NCBI GenBank assembly: GCA_050951805.1
Contig: JBMNJT010000002.1
Coordinates: 64,001 to 128,000 of the forward strand
Length of the DNA stretch: 64,000 bases
From: Bacillota bacterium
Lineage (GTDB): Bacteria; Bacillota; DTU025
Direction of reading: 5' to 3'
Shown: positions 49,135 to 59,362 of the stretch, one piece after another
Numbering within the stretch: the stretch's first letter is position 1
Layout: each line of letters opens with the position of its first letter
Program-made: the position numbers and the translations under genes
Notes under the pieces: generated by a model
What the model saw: only the letters and a program-made list of their open reading frames with translations
What the model was told of the DNA's origin: nothing
Database searches by the model: none

Positions 49135-50235
49135 ATGAACCAACGTCGTGTCGTAATAGTTGCCGGCGCTATCGTGGGAGCGCTCAGCATCATTCTGGTG
49201 GCAACGGGCAATCCGGGCAATATGGGGATATGTGTTGCGTGCTTTATACGTGACATCGCGGGAGCTCTGGGATTGCACCGCGCTCCGATAGTTCAGTATA
49301 TTCGCCCCGAGATTCCGGGCTTCATCATCGGATCGATGATCGCTGCAATGGCTGCAGGGGAGTTCAAGACCAGGGGCGGATCATCTCCGCTTCTCCGGTT
49401 TGTTCTCGGCTTTTTTGTAATGATAGCGTCATTGGTATTCTTGGGATGCCCGCTCAGGATGGTTTTGCGCCTGGCAGGCGGCGACCTCAATGCGCTTTTG
49501 GGCATTGCGGGTTTTGCATTCGGCATATGGATAGGAACACTCTTCCTCAAGCGCGGCTTTACTTTGGGAAGAAGCACAGCAATGCATAAGGGAAACGGGG
49601 CTGTAATGCCGCTGATCAGCATTGCGCTGATCGCGCTTTTAGTGGCCGCTCCTGCGTTCATCTTCTTCAGTGAGACCGGTCCCGGCTCGATGCACGCACC
49701 GCTCATACTGGCGCTGCTTGCTGGAATCATCGTTGGGGTGGTAGCACAGCGTTCGCGCCTCTGCTTGGCAGGGGGAATCAGAGACTTGATATTGATACGC
49801 GATCCACACCTATTCAATGGTTTTGTGGCCATATTCGCAGTAGCCGCACTCCTCAACCTCCTCACAGGCAGGTTCCAGTTCGGATTTGACGGACAGCCTG
49901 TGGCCCATACTGATGGCCTGTGGAATTTCCTCAGCATGTCAGTGGTGGGACTCGGTGCAGTGCTCCTCGGCGGGTGCCCGCTTCGTCAATGCATACTCTC
50001 TGGCGAAGGTGACGGAGATGCTGCGATTGCATTCCTCGGGATGCTTGTGGGGGCGGCATTTGCGCACAACTTCGGCCTGGCGTCTTCGCCAGCGGGGGTG
50101 ACCGGCGCAGGTAAGGCTGCTACCTTGATCGGACTTGCGGTTATGCTGGCAATCGGTTATTTTGGGGCAGTAAACGCTGTTGACGCATTGAGTACAGTCG
50201 GTGGCGGCAAGAAGACTGCTGGCGGCAGCAGATAA
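49135..50235 (+). CDS. yedE: YedE family putative selenium/sulfur transporter
   Basis: GNPGNMGICVACFIRD, QYIRPEI, GCPLR twice, QRSRLCLAGG. Confidence 0.9.
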   Translation: MNQRRVVIVAGAIVGALSIILVATGNPGNMGICVACFIRDIAGALGLHRAPIVQYIRPEIPGFIIGSMIAAMAAGEFKTRGGSSPLLRFVLGFFVMIASLVFLGCPLRMVLRLAGGDLNALLGIAGFAFGIWIGTLFLKRGFTLGRSTAMHKGNGAVMPLISIALIALLVAAPAFIFFSETGPGSMHAPLILALLAGIIVGVVAQRSRLCLAGGIRDLILIRDPHLFNGFVAIFAVAALLNLLTGRFQFGFDGQPVAHTDGLWNFLSMSVVGLGAVLLGGCPLRQCILSGEGDGDAAIAFLGMLVGAAFAHNFGLASSPAGVTGAGKAATLIGLAVMLAIGYFGAVNAVDALSTVGGGKKTAGGSR

Positions 50236-50248
50236 GGGGGGATGGACC

Positions 50249-50479
50249 ATGGCAACACAAGTAGACGCTAGGGGGCTTTCTTGTCCTCAACCTGTAGTTC
50301 TTACTAAGAAGGCTATGGATTCGATCACATCAGGAGAAATCGAAGTGCTCGTGGACAACCCTGCTGCCAGGGAGAATGTCGCAAGATTTGCGAGGAATGC
50401 TGGATGTTCGGTGGAGATTGGTGAGGAGAGGGATGGCTCGTATGTCATTTCGATTTCCAAGGCAGGACGTAAGAGCTAA
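50249..50479 (+). CDS. TusA/SirA/YedF family sulfurtransferase
   Basis: VDARGLSCPQPVVLTKKA. Confidence 0.9.
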   Translation: MATQVDARGLSCPQPVVLTKKAMDSITSGEIEVLVDNPAARENVARFARNAGCSVEIGEERDGSYVISISKAGRKS

Positions 50480-50639
50480 GCAGAATAACGTTGAGCCGCC
50501 CCATGAGGCTGAATCTTATGAGAGCAGGGCCGGTGCCTCCGGCCCTGCTAGTTGCGTTGCGGGATGTTCGTTTGGGGTCGGAAGAGGAGTCGAGGGAGCG
50601 CCGAAAAGGGAAAAGGAAGCGGCTGAGTCGGCAGAAGAA

Positions 50640-50984
50640 GTGGAGCTGCTTGTTACATTCCCCAGTGTACATCATGCGCTCAAATTGGAGCGGATGATCA
50701 AAACATGTGCGTGTGGGCAGGACGGCTCGGGACGGTCAGTCGATCTGATGCCTGTTCCACGCCGGATAAGTTCCAGCTGTGGTCTGGCTGCCAGCGTTTG
50801 CGTGACCATGGGCGCGGGGAGTACGTCCGGGAATGGTGTTGCCCGATTGGGCAGCCCGGGTACTGTTTGCCGTTCTTTGGTGGAGGAGTTGAAGGCGGCT
50901 GGCGTAGAATACCAGGGCATATACCTGCCTCTGCCTGGCGGCGAGTTTCAGCTTCTGACCGATGGTGAAGAGGCGGGGATGTAG
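50640..50984 (+). CDS. DUF3343 family protein (start uncertain; frame is open from 50376)
   Basis: VTFPSVHHALKLE...LMPVPRRISSSCGLA. Confidence 0.75.
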   Translation: MELLVTFPSVHHALKLERMIKTCACGQDGSGRSVDLMPVPRRISSSCGLAASVCVTMGAGSTSGNGVARLGSPGTVCRSLVEELKAAGVEYQGIYLPLPGGEFQLLTDGEEAGM

Positions 50985-51530
50985 CGAACCCGGGATAGAC
51001 CGGGCGGACGGCGAGATGAGATGATAGTTTCGCCGTTTATTCTGATTTACCTAAAAACCGTCACAAGCCCAATATGGGAAGTCCTTTGCCTGGCCTGCGC
51101 TGCGAAGTTCACCTTGCTTGCAGCGTTTCATCTGGCCAGCTGGTGCGGGCATTAATAGATTGATGTTGCTTTAAATGCCAACTTGCACCCATCTCCTATA
51201 AATCCAGTCTGATTTGACGCATGTACGCATGCGTGCTCAACCAATTCATCTCCTGTTTCACTCAAGTTGGTTTGCCTATGCGGTTGGACGCGTTTTCGAA
51301 TATGGGAGCGAGAGCTGGTGAATGTTAGGGGAGCGCGGATGCGCCCAGTCTCCCCGATTGCCTACTCTGGAGGTTCTGATTTTCCCAAATCGCTGCTGAG
51401 CTGAGCTCGGAAAGTGGCGAGCAAACCACGGAATTTGAAGCAAACACGGGCAGGGAAATCATTGAGGTCTGAGGAATAGTAACAAGAACAATATATGGAA
51501 CTGCGCATTGAAATTGGAGGTGGCTCCGGG

Positions 51531-53333
51531 TTGAATAGGAGACCATTGCGTTCGGAGGTTCCGGTAGAGGAAACCTGGAGATTGGAAGACCTGTTCGGAT
51601 CGGATGAGGAATGGGAGGCCGCGCTGAAATCGTTGGACGCCGGGATTCCGGCTGTTGCCCAATACATGGGAAGGCTTAAGGATGGACCGAGGCTGATGGC
51701 GGAGTGCTTTGAGGCTGCAGAAAACCTGATCAGACGTGCTGCGCCAGTTGGGCTCTACGCTTACCTCCGTCTTGCGGAAGACGGTTCAAATCCGGCCAAT
51801 CAAGCGATGATGGGCCGTTCAGCGGCGATGCAGGCCCAGATCGGGGCAGCGCTAGCATTTATTGAGCCCGAGGTTCTGAGCCTGCCGGACGGGACCGTAG
51901 AGCGATATCTGAAAGAGGAGCCGAGGTTGCACCCGTTCCGGCGCCGTCTCGAGCGTATCCTTGACGACAAGCCTTACGTTCTGACCTTTGAGACCGAAGC
52001 GGCCCTTGCAATGTTGGGCGAGGTCATGAACGCCCCGCAGATGCTGTACGAGCGGGCCAAGAGCTCTGACATGCACTTCGATTCCGTAGTTGATTCTGAA
52101 GGAAAAGAGATTCCGGTTTCGTTCGCCACCTACGAGGTGATGCTCGAGAAGTCGCCAGATGTCACGCTCAGGCGGAATGCCTACGCTTCATTTACCGAAG
52201 GATTGAAGAAATACCGTAACGTGCTGGGAGGCACATTTGGGACGGAGATCAAAAAGAACGTTGTCATGGCGAAGATGAGAGGGTTCGATTCGGCTACTCA
52301 CATGTTTTTGCACCAGCAAGAGGTGCCGATCGATGTGTATGAGAATTTGCTCAATATTATCCAAGAGGAATGTGCGCCGCACATGCGGAGATACGTGGGG
52401 CTTCGCAAGTCTGCGCTAGGCCTCGATAAAATACTCTATTGCGACATAGAAGCACCACTCGACCCCGAGTTCGACCCTGAGATCAGCTACGAAGAAGGTG
52501 CGAGGCTCATTATCGATGCTGTCCAGGTAATGGGGGCTGAATACGCGGAGATCGTGCAGATGGCCCTCGAGGACAGGTGGGTAGATAGGGTAGACAATGT
52601 AGGCAAATCGACGGGGGCTTTCTGCGCGCCTGCTTACGACAGCCACCCCTACGTCCTTACTACTTGGGGTGGGCACATGCGTTCGGTCTTTACTCTCGCT
52701 CACGAGCTTGGGCACGCGGTCCACAGCTCTCTCACAGCTCGCAACCAGAGGCTTGTCAATACGGAAGTATCTAGGGTTTTTGTTGAGTCGCCTTCCACGT
52801 TCAATGAAATGCTGCTGGCGCGCCACATATTGAGCAAGACGGATGACAAAAGGATGCGTCGCTATGTCTTGATGCAGCTTTTAGGGACCTATTATCACGA
52901 TTTCGTCCGCCATATGCTCGAGGCAGAGCTGCTTAGGCGCGTATATGCCCTTGCCGAAAAGGGCCAACCTATTACCGCCTCGGTCCTTTCCGAGCTGCAG
53001 GGCGAGATTCTGGATGATTACTGGCAGGGACTGGTCGAGGTAGACGAAGGGGCCCGCCTCACTTGGATGCGCCAGCCCCACTACTACATGGGGTTGTACC
53101 CCTACACGTACTCGGCAGGGCTTGCCTGTTCCACCGCTGTTGCGCAGGCTCTCGATGAGGGGAATACTCAAGAAGTGGCAGGCCGTTGGGTGCATGTGCT
53201 GAAGTCGGGAGGCACCCAAAAACCGCTCGATCTGATGAGGACGGCAGGGGTCGACCTTGAGGATGCAGGTACTATCAGGGGCGTTGTAGATTATGTTGGA
53301 AGCATCGTGGATCAAGTGGAGGAGACTATGTAG
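51531..53333 (+). CDS. pepF: oligoendopeptidase F (M3B), copy 1
   Basis: RSEVPVEETWRLEDLF, GKSTGAF, TLAHELGH, QPHYY; RBS GGAGGT before TTG 51531. Confidence 0.93.
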   Translation: MNRRPLRSEVPVEETWRLEDLFGSDEEWEAALKSLDAGIPAVAQYMGRLKDGPRLMAECFEAAENLIRRAAPVGLYAYLRLAEDGSNPANQAMMGRSAAMQAQIGAALAFIEPEVLSLPDGTVERYLKEEPRLHPFRRRLERILDDKPYVLTFETEAALAMLGEVMNAPQMLYERAKSSDMHFDSVVDSEGKEIPVSFATYEVMLEKSPDVTLRRNAYASFTEGLKKYRNVLGGTFGTEIKKNVVMAKMRGFDSATHMFLHQQEVPIDVYENLLNIIQEECAPHMRRYVGLRKSALGLDKILYCDIEAPLDPEFDPEISYEEGARLIIDAVQVMGAEYAEIVQMALEDRWVDRVDNVGKSTGAFCAPAYDSHPYVLTTWGGHMRSVFTLAHELGHAVHSSLTARNQRLVNTEVSRVFVESPSTFNEMLLARHILSKTDDKRMRRYVLMQLLGTYYHDFVRHMLEAELLRRVYALAEKGQPITASVLSELQGEILDDYWQGLVEVDEGARLTWMRQPHYYMGLYPYTYSAGLACSTAVAQALDEGNTQEVAGRWVHVLKSGGTQKPLDLMRTAGVDLEDAGTIRGVVDYVGSIVDQVEETM

Positions 53334-53372
53334 ACATTTGCTCATGACCACGTTGGAAGCGGAGGTGTGCAT

Positions 53373-55187
53373 ATGGCTGAAAGACTGGCGCGTTCGGAGG
53401 TGCCCGTCGATGAGACATGGAGGCTCGATGACATGTTTCAATCGATGGAAGCATGGGAAGCCGAGCTGGCAGCGGTTGAGCGGATTATTCCACAAGTCGC
53501 AGAGTTCCAGGGGAGACTGGGGGATGGCGCAAGCGTTCTCCGAAAGTGTTACGAGACGGTGGAGTTGCTTGCAAGGCGGTTTGAGAAGATCTCTACCTAT
53601 GCCTACTTGCGATTCTCGGAAGATGGGACGAATCCTGTAGGCCAGGAACTGATGGGACGAACGATGGCAGCGCAAGCTAGGCTCGATTCTGCGATCGCGT
53701 TCATGCGCCCCGAAATACTCAGTCTGCCGGATGGAACCATCGAAGGCTATTTCTCGGAAGAACCAGGCCTTGAGACGTTCAGAAGGCGTCTGGAGCTAAT
53801 CCTCTCCGACAGGCCATATGTTCTGTCAGCTGAAACCGAAACTGCCATCGCAGCACTTAGGGAGGTTCTCGACGCTCCAGAGATGGTGTACGAATGGACA
53901 AAGACGTCGGACATCTCATTTGAACCTGCCGTAGACAGCGAGGGACATGAGGTTCCTGTCTCCTTTGCAACGTATGAAGAGATACTCGAGGTCTCGCCCG
54001 ATGCTGCGTTGAGGCGCAGCGCGTATACTTCTTTCTCGCGCGGTCTGGCGCGCTATCAGAATGCCTTGGCCGGCACGTTCGCAGCAGAGGTAAAGAAGAA
54101 TGTGGCGCTGGCGAGGATCAGGGGCTACGAGTCGGCAACCCATATGTTTCTGCATCAGCAGGAGGTGCCGGTGGAGGTATACCACAATCTGCTCGATGTG
54201 ATTGAGGAAGGTCTTGCGCCGCATATGAGGCGGTATGTAGACCTTCGAAGGCGCGTGCTGGGGCTGGACAAGATAATGTACTGCGATATCGAGGCACCCC
54301 TTGACCCCGACTTCATGCCTGAGATCAGCTATGAAGAGGGAGCTAGGCTCATCATAGATTCTGTTGCGGTCATGGGAGCGGAGTATGCGGATATCATTCG
54401 GGTCGCTCTGGAGGACAGGTGGATCGATCGTGCGGATAATATCGGCAAGTCGACCGGGGCTTTCTGTACGTCTACGTACGACGTGCACCCTTATATCCTT
54501 GCAACATGGGGCGAGAGCATGCGTTCAGTCTTCACCATCGCTCATGAGCTTGGCCATGCAGTGCAGTCGGTTTTGGCAAGTTCAAACCAGCGGTTCGTAA
54601 ACGTCGAACCGTCCCTGGTTTTCATAGAAGCGCCATCGACCTTGAATGAACTGCTTCTCGCGGAGCACATCCTGGAGAGTGCCGATGACTTTCGAATGCG
54701 CCGTTGGGTGCTCATGCAGCTTCTAGGGACTTATCATCACAACTTCGTCCGCCATCTGTTGGAAGCGGAGCTTGTAAAGCGCATCTACGCGCATGCCGAG
54801 GCGGGTCGGCCGATAACGGCAGCGTTGTTATCAGCGGAAAAGGGCGATATTCTGGAGAGCTACTGGGACGGGGTTGTAGAGATAGACGATGGTGCAAAGC
54901 TGACATGGATGCGGCAGCCCCACTATTACGCCGGTCTTTACTCGTACACTTATTCTGCAGGTCTGACCTGCGCAACTGTTGTGGCGCAGTCTGTGCGCGA
55001 GGAGGGCTCGCGAGCTGCTGAAAGATGGGTGAATGTGCTGAAACAAGGGGGCTCAATGGCACCTTTGGAATTGATGAAAACGGCCGGCGTCGATCTGGAG
55101 GACGCGGCTACTATTGGCGATGCAGTGGACTATGTGGGGCGAATTGTGGACGAGGTGGACAGAGGTTTTGGAGGACAGCCTCACTGA
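53373..55187 (+). CDS. pepF: oligoendopeptidase F (M3B), copy 2
   Basis: RSEVPVDETWRLDDMF, GKSTGAF, TIAHELGH, QPHYY. Confidence 0.93.
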   Translation: MAERLARSEVPVDETWRLDDMFQSMEAWEAELAAVERIIPQVAEFQGRLGDGASVLRKCYETVELLARRFEKISTYAYLRFSEDGTNPVGQELMGRTMAAQARLDSAIAFMRPEILSLPDGTIEGYFSEEPGLETFRRRLELILSDRPYVLSAETETAIAALREVLDAPEMVYEWTKTSDISFEPAVDSEGHEVPVSFATYEEILEVSPDAALRRSAYTSFSRGLARYQNALAGTFAAEVKKNVALARIRGYESATHMFLHQQEVPVEVYHNLLDVIEEGLAPHMRRYVDLRRRVLGLDKIMYCDIEAPLDPDFMPEISYEEGARLIIDSVAVMGAEYADIIRVALEDRWIDRADNIGKSTGAFCTSTYDVHPYILATWGESMRSVFTIAHELGHAVQSVLASSNQRFVNVEPSLVFIEAPSTLNELLLAEHILESADDFRMRRWVLMQLLGTYHHNFVRHLLEAELVKRIYAHAEAGRPITAALLSAEKGDILESYWDGVVEIDDGAKLTWMRQPHYYAGLYSYTYSAGLTCATVVAQSVREEGSRAAERWVNVLKQGGSMAPLELMKTAGVDLEDAATIGDAVDYVGRIVDEVDRGFGGQPH

Positions 55188-55285
55188 GCCGCTCAGCTTC
55201 GTCAAGGCCATGACGGGATAGGGGGCGGATATTGAAGAAGGAAGCGCCGCGACGGTGCAGAAACCGGTCGCGGGCTCCCTAGCTA

Positions 55286-57109
55286 TTAGCTATTGCTGGA
55301 CTTGCTTTCGGGCTCGCCGTCTGACTCGCAAGCAGAGTCCGCTGGCTCGTGGTGACCACTGTAGGCTGGAATAGACGAAAGCGAATTGAGATACTCGTCC
55401 CGCTGAATTGGGGTGAGGTATTTTTCCATGAGGCGAACGTCGCGAATCTCCGGTTCTAACTCGATGAGGAGCTCGACGGGAACACTCGCCCATATTCTTC
55501 TTTTGCCTGCCGCAATAGGGAGAATATTCGAAATAGACTCACATGTAGTCGGCGAAGGGATGACTCTGCAGGCGTCTGCTGAAGGCGAGTCGAGTTTGCC
55601 ATCATCATTCTTGCTCCAGTTGAACAATGCTGCCCTGGGGCTTGCGGCCTCAACTTCGAGTCCTTCTTCGACCTTCGCCTCACTGGACGAAAAGTCAATT
55701 CGGAGCATGCAAGTTTCATCAAATCCCGCTTCCACAAAGAGACGGGGGAGGTTGTACACGCGATAATTTTGCACATAATCGATTTCAAGTTCAACGAGGT
55801 GTTCCGACCTGTCGCATATGTCTGACACAGATGACAGGACAGAAGGGTTGGCGCGAACAGCGGTCACTATCTTCCCCTGCCTAGGATCCACGCAGATGAA
55901 CTCCTCTGGCGCTTCCGACTCTTCTTTGGGCGTCATTGCTGTGCCCGCAGGGATCAGTTCGTGCTCTGAGCCGTCAGCCAAAAGAAGGGATATGTCAGAG
56001 ACCAGCCTGGGTATGCAGTTGCGATAGGCCATGATCGCTGCCCCTTCGGCGATCAGGGTTGAGGAAGCGGAAGGCCTCACTATGCGATCCGGGGTCATCA
56101 GGCGTCCAAAGCCCTCTACAACCGGGGGCAGATTTGTGCTTTCTCCGATGAGCAGGCAGAGATCTACGTCGGATGGCTTGGCGCCTGCCGATGAGAGCAT
56201 CTCTTCTGTCGCCTGAAGGACACGGTCGACAATGGGCCTGATCAAATCCTCAAACTCGGCTTTGGAGAAAGACTCTTCGATATCGTAGTCAACCCCGTCC
56301 ACGCTGCAGAACCCGGCCTTTGCGATCTGTGTCTCGCTATCCGAGCTGAGAGCGATTTTCGCCTGTTCTGCCGCGCTTAGCAGTGCCTCTTCAGGAGCCA
56401 AACCGGGCATCGCTTCCTCCAGTTTCTGACGAGATAGGCCGTTGCGCTTCATAAAACGTTTGAGCGCTTCTTCTGCGAGGAGGGCATCGATATCATCGCC
56501 GGCTACATCGTCGAGGGAGCAACTTGCTACTTCGACGAGGCAATCATCGGTCATTATGACCAAGGTTATTTCCACATTCCCGGCGCCCCAGTCCGCCACG
56601 ACGACTCTGCGGCATTCGGATGCATCGATGGGCTCGCGTTCCAGATATCCGACGAGCGCAGCGAGGGGCTCGGACACGAGGAAGCTGGGACTAAAACCTG
56701 CAGCCTTGGCTGCCCTCATGATCTCTTTGCGTTGATCCCGAGCGAGAGAGTTCGGGATTGCGATGACAAATCTATCATCTTGCTCGGGCGAGATTTTCGC
56801 TTCTTTCAGCAAGAAGTTGAATATCACTTCAGTTGCTGTTTCTGTGGATATCGTGCGCGTTGCCAGAGTGACGGTGTCGTCTGATGCAAGACGCCTCTTG
56901 ACGGATTTGATGAATGCATGGTCAGGGTCTCCGAGAAGGGACGAATACGCGTCCTTCGCTTCGGTTCCCACACGCGGTTGCCTGCGCTTTTGATACCAAA
57001 CAAGCGACGGATGCCCGTGGCCGTCTGCGAGCAGGGCTTCAGCACTTTTCCCATCAAACGTTGCCAACATAGAATTAGCTGTTCCAAAATCTACTCCTAT
57101 ACCACGCAT
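55286..57109 (-). CDS. divergent Hsp70 family protein (not DnaK)
   Basis: GIGVDFGTANS, EPLAA, DWGAG, AEQAKIALS; C-terminal half unlike the DnaK substrate-binding domain. Confidence 0.8.
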   Translation of the reverse strand: MRGIGVDFGTANSMLATFDGKSAEALLADGHGHPSLVWYQKRRQPRVGTEAKDAYSSLLGDPDHAFIKSVKRRLASDDTVTLATRTISTETATEVIFNFLLKEAKISPEQDDRFVIAIPNSLARDQRKEIMRAAKAAGFSPSFLVSEPLAALVGYLEREPIDASECRRVVVADWGAGNVEITLVIMTDDCLVEVASCSLDDVAGDDIDALLAEEALKRFMKRNGLSRQKLEEAMPGLAPEEALLSAAEQAKIALSSDSETQIAKAGFCSVDGVDYDIEESFSKAEFEDLIRPIVDRVLQATEEMLSSAGAKPSDVDLCLLIGESTNLPPVVEGFGRLMTPDRIVRPSASSTLIAEGAAIMAYRNCIPRLVSDISLLLADGSEHELIPAGTAMTPKEESEAPEEFICVDPRQGKIVTAVRANPSVLSSVSDICDRSEHLVELEIDYVQNYRVYNLPRLFVEAGFDETCMLRIDFSSSEAKVEEGLEVEAASPRAALFNWSKNDDGKLDSPSADACRVIPSPTTCESISNILPIAAGKRRIWASVPVELLIELEPEIRDVRLMEKYLTPIQRDEYLNSLSSIPAYSGHHEPADSACESDGEPESKSSNS

Positions 57110-57558
57110 CAGCACAGTTCCACCTCTTAACATGTTTGCTGCCCATGAAAGGGTTTCTGGGCGTATATTACTATAGTACCATCAATATCCGAAATAAGAA
57201 ACCCGGTCCAAGAAAGCAATACATAATCGGCTTTTGTCCTAGCGGATGGAATTGACCGGAATTTGCGGGACGGGTCCTAAGAACGCCAGTTGAGGGCCGG
57301 TAAAAGTGAAGAATCGATGAAGCGGGGCAGGCACTGGCAGTGTTCTCGTGCCAGGAAAACATGGATGAAGGATGTTGTTGTGATTCTCATGTGGTAGACT
57401 ATTGTCTAGCTGAAGTTGCTAGTGGCAGTCGCGAAGACGAAGCTCTGCGGGGAGGGCGAAAGCGCTTCCTAGCCTCGCTGCGCGGCGTTATCACATCTGC
57501 GGGAGCGACTGCAGACTTATGGGTGCATGTCACTCAAATACATCATCACGGCTAGGAA

Positions 57559-59172
57559 GTGTTAGTATTGTCGGGCGATGCTAGCAAGACTTTGGCCAAG
57601 TCGGCAGGGATTGTGGCCCTTGGCTCTGTACTCAGCAAGATACTTGGCTTTCTGCGAGAGAGCGCTCTCGCATCGGAATTCGGCGCCAGCTATGCGACGG
57701 ACGCATATCTGATGGCCATGATCATACCGACGTTGATGCTGTTTGGTGTGGGACCTGCAGTCACCACCACATTGATACCTGTCTTTACCGACTTGGAGAA
57801 GCGCAAGGGGCGCGATGCGGCATTCAAGTCAGTCAGTTGCATCATAAATGCCTGCATCGTAGTGGCAGCTGCTGTGACCGTTGCCGGATTGGTGTTTGCC
57901 GAGCCGTTGGTAAGCTTCGTTGCGCCTGGATTTTCAGGGGAGACTTACGAACTGACAGTGGACTTGACCAGGCTGTTGTTTCCAATAGCCATCTTTACGG
58001 TTATCACCCACTGCATAACCGGGGTGCTGCACGCACTGGGCAGGTTTGCGGTGCCGGCAATGACCGGCCTGGTGCAGAATGTGATAATAATCACTTCGAT
58101 ATTGGTGTTCGGACCGAAGTATGGGATAACGGCGGTGGCTGTTGGAACGGCGCTCGGGGCTGCATCGATGTTTCTGGTGCAGTTGCCAGCGTTATTCTCA
58201 TCTGGGTTCAGATATCATTTCGCGCTCGACTGGCATGATCAAGGGCTTCGCCAGGTGGGCAAGTTGATAGGCCCGATCGTCCTCGGCTCTGTTGCCGGAC
58301 AAGCTGGCACGGTGATTATACGGATATTGGCATCGAGGCTCCCTACAGGGTCTATTACGTATCTCAATTACTCTCAGCGCCTTGTGGGCTTGCCTGTAGG
58401 CGTTTTCGGGACTGCGCTGGTTACGGTCTTGTACCCGACTTTCGCGCGGATGCATTCTGAGGGGACTAGAGAGGACTTTGCGAAGACATTCCGCCGATCT
58501 GTGGGCGTAGTATTCTTTACGCTTGTGCCCATGGCGGTCGGGCTTGCGGTCCTTGCAACCCCCGTGGTCCGCCTGGCTTTCGAACGGCGGGCGTTTACGC
58601 CTGAGGCCACTGCCGCCACAGCTGCAGCACTGGTCTATGCTTGCGTGGGGATACCGGCTATGAGCCTGTCTGATCTGTCATCGAAGGCTTTTTATGCCAT
58701 GCAAGACACAATCACGCCTGTGCTGGTCAATATGGGGGCTGTTGGGGTCAATGTGGCACTCAGTTTGGCGCTTGTAGAGCCTATGGGCCATACGGGATTG
58801 GCTTTGGCCGGCGCATGCCAGCCGATAGCTTCCTTTTTGATGCTTCAAGCTGTTTTGAGATATCGCGAGAAGAAATGGACGAGGAAGGCTAGAACAGATG
58901 GTGTCGCTGACAATTACAGCCTGGCCGGGTCAATCGCCAAGTCCGTTGTGTCTGTTGTTGTGATGTGGTTTGCTGTATCGTATTTTGATGCTTGGATAAC
59001 AGAGGTGTTTCCGGGTATGGGGACAGGGCGGCAGATAGTGCGGCTGGCTGCGTCAGTCGGCGTTGGAGCAGTTGTCTACTTTGCGATGGCCGCGATGCTT
59101 AAAAGCCAGGAACTCTCATTTGCCTTCAGCACCGCAAAAAAGAGGGTCAAGGAGAGGAAAACAGCAGTGTAG
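57559..59172 (+). CDS. murJ: lipid II flippase MurJ/MviN
   Basis: SKILGFLRE, TDAY, LVGLPVGVFG, KAFYAMQDTITP; many TM helices. Confidence 0.92.
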   Translation: MLVLSGDASKTLAKSAGIVALGSVLSKILGFLRESALASEFGASYATDAYLMAMIIPTLMLFGVGPAVTTTLIPVFTDLEKRKGRDAAFKSVSCIINACIVVAAAVTVAGLVFAEPLVSFVAPGFSGETYELTVDLTRLLFPIAIFTVITHCITGVLHALGRFAVPAMTGLVQNVIIITSILVFGPKYGITAVAVGTALGAASMFLVQLPALFSSGFRYHFALDWHDQGLRQVGKLIGPIVLGSVAGQAGTVIIRILASRLPTGSITYLNYSQRLVGLPVGVFGTALVTVLYPTFARMHSEGTREDFAKTFRRSVGVVFFTLVPMAVGLAVLATPVVRLAFERRAFTPEATAATAAALVYACVGIPAMSLSDLSSKAFYAMQDTITPVLVNMGAVGVNVALSLALVEPMGHTGLALAGACQPIASFLMLQAVLRYREKKWTRKARTDGVADNYSLAGSIAKSVVSVVVMWFAVSYFDAWITEVFPGMGTGRQIVRLAASVGVGAVVYFAMAAMLKSQELSFAFSTAKKRVKERKTAV

Positions 59173-59362
59173 GCAGGGGTAATCTTGATGCTGGCTATGG
59201 CTTTTGCCAGTCGGATATTGCCCGGAGGGACCTATTAATCCAGTGTATTATGTTGTGTTGAGTGCATCAGTCGTACCCATGGGCTGCGCTTTTTGCCCAT
59301 GGCGCGACTCGGTCTGCAGATGCTAGGCGCAGCTGATTTGGGGCAATTGACGGAGGTCGGAT

